Of a DNA stretch of 64,000 nt, positions 1-8,908 are shown one piece after another. Source of the stretch: Gammaproteobacteria bacterium (GTDB lineage: Bacteria; Pseudomonadota; Gammaproteobacteria; CAMYNG01); assembly GCA_011051615.1 (NCBI GenBank), contig DRKU01000109.1, forward strand, positions 13,324-77,323, in the 5' to 3' direction. How positions within the stretch are numbered: the first letter of the stretch is position 1; each line of letters opens with the position of its first letter. The position numbers and the translations under genes were made by a program. The notes under the pieces are model-generated. The model searched no databases and was not told the origin of the DNA. It was given only the letters and a program-made list of their open reading frames with translations.

Positions 1-447
1 ACCACTGGCGGTATCACCACGCACACCGGGATCGGTCTGCGTGACGGTAAGGTTGACATGGTTGGGCGGCACGACGCTGATGGGGCTGTCGTTCCACAGG
101 GTGACGGTGCACATGTCCTGTTCCTTGAGCCATTTGGCCGCCTCACCCACGGCCTTCTCATCGGCCGCGACCTGCTCGTAGGTCTCGGGATGCATGAAGT
201 GCCACATCTCACCGTCGTTGTAGAGATACTGCATCTCGGTGTCCATGACATCGGCGGCCTCGATGGATTCACCGGACTTGAAGGTGCGTTCGATGACGCG
301 ACCGGTGATCAGGTTGCGGATCTTGACGCGATTGAAGGCCTGCCCCTTGCCGGGCTTGACGAACTCGTTCTCGATGATGGCACAGGGATCGCCATCGAGC
401 ATGACCTTGAGTCCGCTGCGAAATTCATTGGTGCTGTAACTTGCCAT
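1..447 (-). CDS. efp: Elongation factor P (3' end lies beyond the window start)
   Basis: Not in the ORF track because it runs off the edge. The reverse complement of 447->1 reads without stops as [93 protein letters not shown]... This is a typical EF-P N-terminus, including the KPGKGQA loop with the modifiable Lys. It is divergent from epmB. Confidence 0.95.
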   Translation of the reverse strand, partial: MASYSTNEFRSGLKVMLDGDPCAIIENEFVKPGKGQAFNRVKIRNLITGRVIERTFKSGESIEAADVMDTEMQYLYNDGEMWHFMHPETYEQVAADEKAVGEAAKWLKEQDMCTVTLWNDSPISVVPPNHVNLTVTQTDPGVRGDTASG

Positions 448-503
448 GTGTTCCTCTTCCTGCCCGGATTGAATTACGGGGTCGATAACCTGAAAATGGC
501 GCG

Positions 504-1550
504 ATGCCGGATACTGAACTGTCTATGATACCGCGAACCGGCCTGCCGTGGCAGGTGGGTGAATGGCGAAAACAGCTTGCCGCTGCGGTACGCGAGCCGG
601 CGGAACTGTTGCGCCGGCTGGAATTCTCCCCCACCGCGATCCGCCGCCTGCTGCCGGCGGCGCGGACCGCGGCAGAGGACTTCCCCCTGCGTGTGCCGGA
701 CGCCTTCATTGCGCTGATGAAACCCGGCGATGCCGATGATCCCCTGTTGCGCCAGGTCCTGCCGCTGGGCGCCGAGCTGGCTGACAGCGCCGGTTTTGTC
801 ACCGACCCCCTTGCCGAAACCGACGCCATGGCGGCGCCCGGCCTGTTGCACAAGTACGCCGGGCGTGCCCTGCTCATCACCACACCGGCCTGCGCGGTGC
901 ACTGCCGCTATTGCTTCCGACGCCACTTCCCCTATGCCGAGGCGCGCGGCATGGTGGAACACTGGCGTGCAGCACTGGGCTACCTGGCGGTGCGGCCCGA
1001 CATCGAGGAAATCATCCTCAGTGGCGGCGATCCCCTGAGTCTCACCAACGGCCGCCTCGGCGAACTGCTTACCGCCCTGCGCACCATCCCCCACCTGCGC
1101 CGCCTGCGCCTGCACACGCGGCTGCCCATCGTCCTGCCCCAGCGCGTGGACGTGGACCTGCTGGAACTGCTCGCCCGCCAGCCCTGGCCGGTGACCGTGG
1201 TGGTGCACGCCAACCATCCCAACGAACTTGGCCCGGATCAGCGTCTCGCCCTCGCTGCCCTGCGTCGATACGGAATCACCATGCTCAACCAGAGCGTCCT
1301 GCTGGCTGGCGTCAACGACGATACCGACAGCCTGTGTCGCCTGAGTACGGCCCTGCATGAGGTCGGTGTGCTGCCCTACTATCTGCATCTGCTCGACCGC
1401 GTGACCGGCGCTGCACACTTCGAGGTCGACGAAGACACGGCGCGTGAGCTGTACCGACAAATGGCCGTGCGCCTGCCCGGCTACCTCGTGCCACGCCTGG
1501 TGCGCGAAGAGGCCGGCGCCGCGGGCAAGACGCTCCTCGCCGACAATTGA
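504..1550 (+). CDS. epmB: EF-P beta-lysylation protein EpmB (lysine 2,3-aminomutase-like radical SAM enzyme)
   Basis: 348-aa ORF with a radical-SAM CxxxCxxC motif (CAVHCRYC) and KamA/YjeK-like blocks ([18 protein letters not shown]). Divergent from efp. Confidence 0.9.
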   Translation: MPDTELSMIPRTGLPWQVGEWRKQLAAAVREPAELLRRLEFSPTAIRRLLPAARTAAEDFPLRVPDAFIALMKPGDADDPLLRQVLPLGAELADSAGFVTDPLAETDAMAAPGLLHKYAGRALLITTPACAVHCRYCFRRHFPYAEARGMVEHWRAALGYLAVRPDIEEIILSGGDPLSLTNGRLGELLTALRTIPHLRRLRLHTRLPIVLPQRVDVDLLELLARQPWPVTVVVHANHPNELGPDQRLALAALRRYGITMLNQSVLLAGVNDDTDSLCRLSTALHEVGVLPYYLHLLDRVTGAAHFEVDEDTARELYRQMAVRLPGYLVPRLVREEAGAAGKTLLADN

Positions 1551-1795
1551 GGACGGTCGCCCCATTTCCATCGCTTCGTTACGCGCCGAGTTTCTCGGCC
1601 ACTTTCCCCCACAACACAAACGCTTAGGCTGCTTTGTTCATCCCTGTTCTGTAAAAGCATTAACACGAATGGGCGAGCACAAGTCTGTAGAGACTGTCAA
1701 GTAAAGCTGTCATACTTTCGCCAATGATGGAACAAAAACTAACCGCACAGGGACAAGCGGAACATAAGCTGTTGTGACGCGGTAGGGAGTGTGTT

Positions 1796-3625
1796 GTGAG
1801 CAAGCAGATCGGTCTGACGATCCCGGCACGCGAAAAGCCCCACAAGGGGAGTTTCGACATACGTGCGCGCAAACTGGAGCAGTGGCTGGCAGCCCTGCCC
1901 ATGGCCAATATGGGCGAGACGGCCCGGCGCGTCTACAGTGCACTGGTCGAGACCAACAGTCTCGATCTGCCTTATACCGAACGCACCCGCTTTCTCGAAG
2001 CCATGCAACAACCGGTGGGTTACGTCACCAACGGCATGCGTAAGCACTTCGTCGGGGTCAGCTTTCCGCTACCGGAAAAGAATCGCAAGGTGGCTGCGGT
2101 CACCGGCAAGATCTTCACCGAGATGGCCACCGCCTACTGCATCGCCGTCGAAGATCTGCTCTCGCACAATCTGATCTTCCCCGATTCCCGCCAGCTGACG
2201 CTGTTGATGCATCGCGCCCTGAGCATGATGGGACGCGTCATGCTCACCGATTACCAGACCTACAGTCCCTGTCATGACGGTATCTGGCGCGACATCTATC
2301 GCCTGTTTGCCTATGCCCGCAAGCGCCGCCTGCACCATATCGCCATCAACGATGGTCTGCGGGAACAGGTACAGAAGAGCACCATTGAGGATGAATTTCG
2401 GCGCATCCTGCTGATGGCGCTGTCCTCGCCCTACTGCCTGCGCCACGGCGAGATCAACAAGATCTATCTCAGCCTCGAGGGCTGGGTGACACATACCCGC
2501 CTGCAGGCCCTCCGCGCAGGCGGGGCAGACGATGGCTTCCTGGTCTGTCTCGACGACGACCGCCCCCCCCGGCACCTGACGCCCGGCGCCCTGCCCGGGG
2601 ACACCTCGGCCTGCTACAGCCTCGACACACGTCAGCTCATCGACGTGGTACGCGACGAGATCCAGCGCGCCGACAAGGTCATCACTTCCACCCTCACCGG
2701 GATCGATATGCAACGCCCGGACATGTCACATGCCCTGCTGCGCCGCCTGCTGATGACCTGGACCCATCATCCGCGCCGCGTCTTTTCACGCAGCCGGCGC
2801 CAGAACAATGTCCAGCTCGCCATGGGCCTCAGTGCGGCCCACCAGATCATTGCCGGTGCCGGCAAGCAGCCTGCCGCCGACGCCGGTCCGGACCGCTACT
2901 TCCAGCCGGCGCAGTTCGACAGCTCCGCGGTGAGCAAAACCCTGCCTGTCGGTAAACCGACCGACGTCTGGGACATGATCTACCCCAGCAGCGACAGTTC
3001 GCTGAAGGTGCTCTCACCGGGGGAAACGCTGAGTCCGGCCGCCGAGAGCGAGGCCAGCCCCAGCCATGGCCCGCGCATGGAGTACTGGAACATCGTCAAC
3101 GAGAGCGCCGGTGGTTACTGCCTGGAGAGCAGCGACAAGGTGGCCACGGGTGTCCAGGTGGGTGAGCTGGTAGGCGTGCGGCGTAACGGCGACGGCCATA
3201 CCTGGAAATGGGGTATCGGCGTGGTACGCTGGATGCGCAACAGCCACACTGATCCCACACAATCTCCAAGGATTACGCTGGGCATCGAAATGCTCACCCC
3301 CGACGCCGCCGCCGCCGGTGTGCGTATTGCCGGCGAGACCCAGGGCGAGTTCCAGCGCACCCTCATGCTGCCGGAGTTACCGGCCATCGACAAGCCCGCC
3401 ACGCTGGTCACCCCACCGGTTCCCTACCGCGAAGGAAGCAAGGTGACGGTACGCATCCTCGGCAAGCAGATGCAGGTGCAGCTGACGCGGCAGGTGGAGA
3501 ATACCGGCCTCTTTGCCCAGTTCCAGTTCGAGGTCCTCGATGCCGCCCGCGTGGAAAGTGAAAGTAGCCAAACGCACACAAAGAAGGACGAGCCGGATTT
3601 TGCCTCCATCTGGTCCTCCATCTGA
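1796..3625 (+). CDS. Hypothetical 609-aa protein with a C-terminal PilZ-like domain (degenerate c-di-GMP motif)
   Basis: Long ORF with a GTG start. Residues encoded at 3098-3115 (NESAGG) fit the PilZ (D/N)xSxxG half-motif, followed by beta-barrel-like blocks (VGELVGVRR, WKWGIGVVRWMRN, LGIEML). No RxxxR is visible in the ~30 residues upstream. I do not recognise the N-terminal ~430 aa. Confidence 0.5.
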   Translation: MSKQIGLTIPAREKPHKGSFDIRARKLEQWLAALPMANMGETARRVYSALVETNSLDLPYTERTRFLEAMQQPVGYVTNGMRKHFVGVSFPLPEKNRKVAAVTGKIFTEMATAYCIAVEDLLSHNLIFPDSRQLTLLMHRALSMMGRVMLTDYQTYSPCHDGIWRDIYRLFAYARKRRLHHIAINDGLREQVQKSTIEDEFRRILLMALSSPYCLRHGEINKIYLSLEGWVTHTRLQALRAGGADDGFLVCLDDDRPPRHLTPGALPGDTSACYSLDTRQLIDVVRDEIQRADKVITSTLTGIDMQRPDMSHALLRRLLMTWTHHPRRVFSRSRRQNNVQLAMGLSAAHQIIAGAGKQPAADAGPDRYFQPAQFDSSAVSKTLPVGKPTDVWDMIYPSSDSSLKVLSPGETLSPAAESEASPSHGPRMEYWNIVNESAGGYCLESSDKVATGVQVGELVGVRRNGDGHTWKWGIGVVRWMRNSHTDPTQSPRITLGIEMLTPDAAAAGVRIAGETQGEFQRTLMLPELPAIDKPATLVTPPVPYREGSKVTVRILGKQMQVQLTRQVENTGLFAQFQFEVLDAARVESESSQTHTKKDEPDFASIWSSI

Positions 3626-3788
3626 CCAGTCCGAACCTCAGCAAACCCTTCAAAAATCGTCGCTAACTGCCGATAATGCCTGAACCGGCGGACCATGTTA
3701 TGGTTGCCGTATTTCAGGCTTGGCTAATGTTGTCCGCCACACGGCAACCAGCCACCTGACATGCTCCAACAACAACAAAGGTAGTTTG

Positions 3789-5870
3789 GTGAGTAGCGAC
3801 AACGTCCTTAAACTCCTGACCCTTTTCGACGCCTCCGAAGAAGCCGAAGCGCTGCTCAACGTGCTGCGCAACGCCGGCATGGTGGTGCGTGATACGCGTG
3901 TCGAGGACGAAGAGGACATGAGCGCGGCGCTGGAGGAAAACACCTTCGATATGATCCTCACCAGGTACGAGCTTCCCCTCATCAATGCCCGCCAGGTGCT
4001 GGAGTTCACCACCCGCCTGGGACGCGACCTGCCCGTAGTGGTGATCATGCCGGACAACGGCAACCAGTCCTGTGCCGAGATCATGCAAATGGGGGCACGC
4101 GACTGCGTCCCCCTCGGCCAGCCCGATCGGCTGCGCTATGTGATCCAGCGCGAATTCGAGGACCTGCAGAATCGCCGTGCCCTGCGTCGTGCCGAAAAAA
4201 TGCTGCACGAGACCGAAAAGCGTGCCCGTGCCCTCATCGACAGTTCACGCGATGCCATTGCCTATGTCCACGAAGGCATGCACATCTATGCCAACAAGGC
4301 CTATCTCGATACCTTTGGCTACGAGGACATCGAAGACGTGGAAGGCATGCCCATCATGGACATGGTCACCGCCGAGGACAGTCCCAAGCTGAAGGAATTC
4401 CTGAAAAATTACAGCAAGGGCAACATCGAGGACCAGAGCCTCGATATCGCGGCCAAGAACAGCGAGGGCGAGGCCTTCGACATCACCATGGAATTCAGTC
4501 CCGCCAGCATGGATGGCGAGGCCTGCACCCAGATCATCATTCGCAGCCAGGAAGCCAGCAAGGAACTGGAACAGAAGCTCAATGCCCTGAGCAAGCAGGA
4601 CCTGCTCACCGGTCTCTACAACCGCACCTATCTCATCGAACAACTGGACCTGCTCATATCCCGCGCCATGGATGGGAGCGTGCAGGGTGCGCTGCTGTTC
4701 ATCCTGCTGGACCGCTATGACGAGATCAAACAGGCCCACGGCATCGCTGGCAGTGACCTGCTACTGACCGATATCGCCACCCTGCTCAAGGAAAAGGTCG
4801 GCCACCTGGGTGTACTGGCCCATTTCGAAGGTCCGGGCTATGCCCTGCTGATCCCCAAGATCGACGCCAAAAAGGCCGAACAGGTGGCGGCCGGGATCTG
4901 CAAGCTCATCAATGATCACATCTCCGACATCGGCGAAAAGACCGCCACCACCACGGCGAGCGTCGGCATCAGCCTCGTCAACGAGACCACCAAGCGTGCC
5001 TCCGACACCATCTCCCATGCCGAGCGCGGCTCGCAACTGGCGCACAAGGAGGGTGGTAATCGTTTCAACCTGTACAACCCGGCCATCGAAGACCTCGAGG
5101 AGAACGAACAGCTCACCATGCGTGCCGCGCAGATCAAGGCGGCACTCAAGGCCAACCGCTTTCAACTGGTGTTTCAACCGGTGGTCAGTCTGCACGGCGA
5201 GCCGGGCGAACACTACGAAGTGCTGGTGCGCATGGTGGATGAGAACAAGCAACTCGTCATGCCGGAGGATTTTCTGCCCGCGGCGGAGAAAGCCGACCTC
5301 ACCATGTACATCGACCGCTGGGTCATCGCGCGTGCCATCATGGTACTCGCAGAGCGCCACAAGGAAGGCCTCAAATCGCGTCTGTTCATCAAGCTTTCGG
5401 CGGGCAGCCTGTGTGATGAAGGTTTCCTGCCATGGCTGGCGGAGCGCTTCAAGAGTTCACACGTCGATGCCGAAAGCCTGATCTTCGAGATCAACGAGGA
5501 AACCGGGCTGAATTTCATGAAACAGGCCAGGCACGTGGTAGAGGGGATCAAGCAACTGCATGCCCGTGCTGCACTGGAAGGCTTTGGCCTGGAGCAGAAT
5601 ACCTTCCAGTCGCTCAAACACCTGGACGTGGATTACGTCAAGATCCACGGCGACCTGATCCGCAATCTCGCCACCAACGTGGAGAACCAGGAAAAGGTCA
5701 AGGCCATCGCCGAGACCGCCGGTGGTCAGGGCAAGCAGTCCATTGCCGCCTTCGTCGAGGATGCCAACAGCCTCGCCGTGCTATGGCAGTGCAGCGTCGA
5801 TTTCATCCAGGGCCACTTCCTGCAGCAACCCGCCACCGAACTGAGTTACGACTTCGAAGGCGGAATATAG
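3789..5870 (+). CDS. FimX-like REC-PAS-GGDEF-EAL protein, with all three signalling domains apparently degenerate
   Basis: The ORF is open from 3720 (TTG). I prefer the GTG at 3789, 7 nt after AAAGG, but the start is uncertain (3720-3789).
- REC-like N-terminus lacks the acceptor Asp (FDMILTRYELP).
- PAS-like block: SRDAIAYVHEGMHIYANKAYLDTFGY.
- GGDEF-family region: LLTGLYNRTYL ... FEGPGYALL in place of GGDEF.
- EAL region: FQPVVSL...HYEVLVRM.
- Catalytic positions are substituted: IKLS for VNLS, LEGFG for DDFG, KIH for KID. Confidence 0.7.
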   Translation: MSSDNVLKLLTLFDASEEAEALLNVLRNAGMVVRDTRVEDEEDMSAALEENTFDMILTRYELPLINARQVLEFTTRLGRDLPVVVIMPDNGNQSCAEIMQMGARDCVPLGQPDRLRYVIQREFEDLQNRRALRRAEKMLHETEKRARALIDSSRDAIAYVHEGMHIYANKAYLDTFGYEDIEDVEGMPIMDMVTAEDSPKLKEFLKNYSKGNIEDQSLDIAAKNSEGEAFDITMEFSPASMDGEACTQIIIRSQEASKELEQKLNALSKQDLLTGLYNRTYLIEQLDLLISRAMDGSVQGALLFILLDRYDEIKQAHGIAGSDLLLTDIATLLKEKVGHLGVLAHFEGPGYALLIPKIDAKKAEQVAAGICKLINDHISDIGEKTATTTASVGISLVNETTKRASDTISHAERGSQLAHKEGGNRFNLYNPAIEDLEENEQLTMRAAQIKAALKANRFQLVFQPVVSLHGEPGEHYEVLVRMVDENKQLVMPEDFLPAAEKADLTMYIDRWVIARAIMVLAERHKEGLKSRLFIKLSAGSLCDEGFLPWLAERFKSSHVDAESLIFEINEETGLNFMKQARHVVEGIKQLHARAALEGFGLEQNTFQSLKHLDVDYVKIHGDLIRNLATNVENQEKVKAIAETAGGQGKQSIAAFVEDANSLAVLWQCSVDFIQGHFLQQPATELSYDFEGGI

Positions 5871-5893
5871 AGTCAGGCGCCAGCAACTGGCGG

Positions 5894-7132
5894 CTAATCC
5901 AGCAGGTGTGACACCAGGCCATCGGCCAGCTTGGGCTCAAACCAGGTGGACTTGGGCGGCATGACCTTTTCGGCGTCGGCCACCGCCATGAGGTCCTCGA
6001 GGCTGGTGGGGTAAAGCGAGAAGGCCAGCGCCATTTCGCCACTGTCCACGCGCCGCTCCAGTTCACCCAGCCCGCGAATACCACCGACAAAATCGATACG
6101 CTTGTCCCGCCGCGGATCGCTGATCCCCAGCACCGGCTCAATCAGGTTGTCATGCAACAGGCTGACATCCAGTTTGCCGACGGGATCATCCGGGATCAGA
6201 TCGGGGTGGATGTTGAGGCGGTACCACTGGCCATCCAGATACATACCAAACTCGCCGCGCTGTTGCGGATGTACCGGACCATTGGCCGGCGTGACCTGAA
6301 AATGTTTTTCTACCGCGGCGAGAAAGTCTTTCTTTGACAGGCCATTCATGTCGCGCACGACGCGATTGTAATCGAGGATTTTCATCTGGTTGTCGGGAAA
6401 CATGACCACCTGGAAATAGTTGTAACTTTCCTCGCCGGTATGATCGGGATTGGCGGCCTTGCGCATGGCAGCCACGCGGCTGGCGGCAGCCGAGCGATGG
6501 TGGCCATCGGCAATATACAGGTGATCCATGTTGTCGAAGGTGCGCGTGATCAGATCGATGTCGGCATCGTCACTGATCACCCAGATGGTGTGCTGCACAC
6601 CATCGTCGGCGGTGAGATCGTATTCCGGTTCCGTATCGAGATATTTCTGCACCAGCTCGTCGATGACCGTATTGTGCCGATAGGTGAGAAACACCGGACC
6701 GGTCTGGGCATTGAGGGCATCGATCTGGCGCACACGGTCATCTTCCTTGTCCGGGCGGGTGAATTCGTGGCGGCGGATGCGATTGCGCTCATATTCTTCC
6801 ACCGAGCCCACCGCCACCAGGCCGACCTGGGCGCGGCCATCCATGATCAGGCGATAGAGGTAATAGCACGGTTTGGTGTCCTGCCTGAGGATGCCCTCGT
6901 CGATCATGCGCCGGAGGTTCTCCGCGCCCCGCGCATACACGGCCTCATCATACGGGTCGGTGCCGGGCGGCAGGTCGATCTCCGGTTTGGAGATGTGCAG
7001 AAAGCTCCACGGCCGGCCCTCGGCGCGCGCCCGGGCCTCCTCGGTATTGAGCACGTCGTAGGGCGGCGCGACCACATCCTCGGCGTATTGCGTCTGGGGC
7101 CGTAAACCGGCAAAAGGTCTGATCAACGGCAT
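5894..7132 (-). CDS. DUF1015 family protein
   Basis: 412-aa ORF. The N-terminus MPLIRPFAGLRPQTQYAEDVVAPPYDVLNTEEAR is the characteristic DUF1015 opening. Convergent with the EAL gene across a 23-nt spacer. Confidence 0.8.
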   Translation of the reverse strand: MPLIRPFAGLRPQTQYAEDVVAPPYDVLNTEEARARAEGRPWSFLHISKPEIDLPPGTDPYDEAVYARGAENLRRMIDEGILRQDTKPCYYLYRLIMDGRAQVGLVAVGSVEEYERNRIRRHEFTRPDKEDDRVRQIDALNAQTGPVFLTYRHNTVIDELVQKYLDTEPEYDLTADDGVQHTIWVISDDADIDLITRTFDNMDHLYIADGHHRSAAASRVAAMRKAANPDHTGEESYNYFQVVMFPDNQMKILDYNRVVRDMNGLSKKDFLAAVEKHFQVTPANGPVHPQQRGEFGMYLDGQWYRLNIHPDLIPDDPVGKLDVSLLHDNLIEPVLGISDPRRDKRIDFVGGIRGLGELERRVDSGEMALAFSLYPTSLEDLMAVADAEKVMPPKSTWFEPKLADGLVSHLLD

Positions 7133-7411
7133 GTTTACCTCTCAATCTGGTGTCATGTGGCCGAAACGCGGCATTCTAGCCCATGCCCGCCCGGCCTGTC
7201 TCCCTGTCGTGAGGGCCTCGAAAGCGGGCCTGCGGCGCCCCGGCGGGTCGAAAATCCCACCCTGGACATGCTATTATTATTAGCCCTGCCTGGTGAAAAC
7301 CGGCCCGCCCCGCGCCCTGCCGCCACAGCGTGTGGGATGGCGCCATGGAAGACAATTCGGGACATAAACTTGCAGAACAGGAACAGCCAGCTACAGTCCG
7401 CCAGGCGGAAA

Positions 7412-8908
7412 ATGGCACATGGATGGCACGCCATGCGCAAACAGCTCGATGGCTGGCGCCCGGGGCGTATCCCCATCGCCTACAAGCTGGCGATCCTCAT
7501 CACCCTGCTGATCACCGCCGGCATGATCATGCTCGGCGTGCTGGTGGCGCGTAACCAGACCCAGCTGCTCCACGCCCAGATTGACGAGTTCGGTAACACC
7601 CTGAGTCAGCAACTGGCCGAGTCCTCCAAGGAACTGGTACTGTCCGATGATCTGCTCGGCCTGATGGTGCTGATCAGCAATCTGGGCAGCAGTGAAAATG
7701 TTCTCGGCGCCACGATCTATTCCGAGAGTGGACGTGTACTGGCCTCCTCCGGCATGCTGCCACCCAGCGACGTCCTTGTACGGCACAATGATCGTGTCGC
7801 TGCGGGCAAACCACTGGAACCGGTTGAGTGGACGGCATGGAACGAGACTGGTGATCAGCAAATCGTGGTCAGTTTCGTGCGCCCCATCCAGTTTCAGGAC
7901 CTGGTGGCCGGTTACGCACTGGTTTCCTTCAGCAAGGCGACGCTGGGCCAGGCCCTGCGCGATACCATCCACGCCGTGGCGGCGGCCACTGTTCTCATGA
8001 TCATCATCGGCATCGCGGTTGCCTTCTTCATGGGACGCCGCCTGTCCCAGCCCATTCATGACCTCATGGATGCGCGCAATGCACTGGATACCGGCGATCT
8101 CAACTTCCGTCTGCGCGAACGCCGCGAGGACGAAATCGGTTTTCTCATCGATGCCTTCAACGGTATGGCTGACACGCTGGTGGAGAAACACCAGGTGGAA
8201 AGCGTCTTTTCACGTTTCGTGTCGCCGAACGTTGCACGCCAGGTGCTGGCCAACCTCGAGCACGTCAAACTGGGAGGTGAACACGTGGAAGCCACCGCGC
8301 TGTTCGCCGATATTGTCGGCTTTACCAGCCTGTCGGAAAAACTGCCTCCCAACGAAGTCGCGGAGCTGCTCAACGACTACTTCACCCATATTTCCATGGC
8401 CTCGCGCTACTACCATGGCACGGTGGACAAATACATGGGCGACTGCGCCATGCTTATCTTTGGCGCACCGGATCATGATCCCCAGCACCGCCTCAACGCG
8501 GTCTGCTGCGCAGTGATGATCCAGCGCATGGTAGACCGTCTCAACACCGAGCGTCAGCGTCAGGGCAAGACTGCGGTACATTTCCGCATCGGTATCAACA
8601 GCGGCCTGATGCTGGCCGGCAACATGGGTTCACATGACCGCATGCAGTACACCGTCGTCGGCGATGCCGTCAACCTGGCCGCACGACTGCATACGGTTGC
8701 CAAGGAAGGTCAGATCATCACCAGCGAACTGCTGTATACCGCCGATGACGTCTACCAGTATGTCATTGGACGGAAACATGGATCCATTAACCTGCGTGGC
8801 AAGGCCGAACCCGTGACGACCTATGAAGTACGCGACGTGGCCCCGGATCTGCGCCAGCAGATGGAACAATACCTGGCAGAACTGCTCGCCAGCCGCTCGG
8901 TAGCCTGA
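7412..8908 (+). CDS. Membrane-bound HAMP-domain class III nucleotidyl cyclase (probably adenylate cyclase)
   Basis: The track ORF starts at 7157, but its first 85 aa are Pro/Arg/Ala-rich and unlike coding sequence. In-frame ATGs at 7412 and 7433 precede TM1 (IAYKLAILITLLITAGMIMLGVLV).
- A periplasmic segment is followed by TM2 and a HAMP domain (RRLSQPIHDLM...EIGFLIDAFNGMADTL).
- Cyclase core: ATALFADIVGFTSLSE, DKYMGDCAM, YTVVGDAVNLAARL.
- The Lys and Thr at the base-specifying positions suggest ATP as substrate. Confidence 0.8.
   Translation: MAHGWHAMRKQLDGWRPGRIPIAYKLAILITLLITAGMIMLGVLVARNQTQLLHAQIDEFGNTLSQQLAESSKELVLSDDLLGLMVLISNLGSSENVLGATIYSESGRVLASSGMLPPSDVLVRHNDRVAAGKPLEPVEWTAWNETGDQQIVVSFVRPIQFQDLVAGYALVSFSKATLGQALRDTIHAVAAATVLMIIIGIAVAFFMGRRLSQPIHDLMDARNALDTGDLNFRLRERREDEIGFLIDAFNGMADTLVEKHQVESVFSRFVSPNVARQVLANLEHVKLGGEHVEATALFADIVGFTSLSEKLPPNEVAELLNDYFTHISMASRYYHGTVDKYMGDCAMLIFGAPDHDPQHRLNAVCCAVMIQRMVDRLNTERQRQGKTAVHFRIGINSGLMLAGNMGSHDRMQYTVVGDAVNLAARLHTVAKEGQIITSELLYTADDVYQYVIGRKHGSINLRGKAEPVTTYEVRDVAPDLRQQMEQYLAELLASRSVA

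Noticed and set aside
58-528. 156-aa plus-strand ORF at the window start
   Set aside because: It is antisense to the clearly recognisable efp reading frame (minus strand, 447->1). Its sequence is Gly/Val/Asp/His-rich with no motif, a shadow ORF typical of high-GC DNA.
474-1619. 381-aa minus-strand ORF overlapping epmB
   Set aside because: It is antisense to the radical-SAM EpmB frame, which has clear motifs. The product is Ala/Gly/Arg/Gln-rich and low in complexity.
5878-5892. 6-bp stem/3-nt loop hairpin (CGCCAG-CAA-CTGGCG) filling the 23-nt gap between the convergent EAL and DUF1015 genes
   Set aside because: It is too short, has a tight loop, and has no U-tract on either strand, so I cannot call it a terminator with confidence. 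It may still pause or stabilise transcripts.
7157-7411. 85-aa N-terminal extension of the cyclase ORF
   Set aside because: The segment is Pro/Arg/Ala-rich (…SPCPPGLSPCREGLESGPAAPRRV…), precedes the first TM helix without any domain, and lies in the divergent promoter spacer. In-frame ATGs at 7412 and 7433 give a normal N-terminus.
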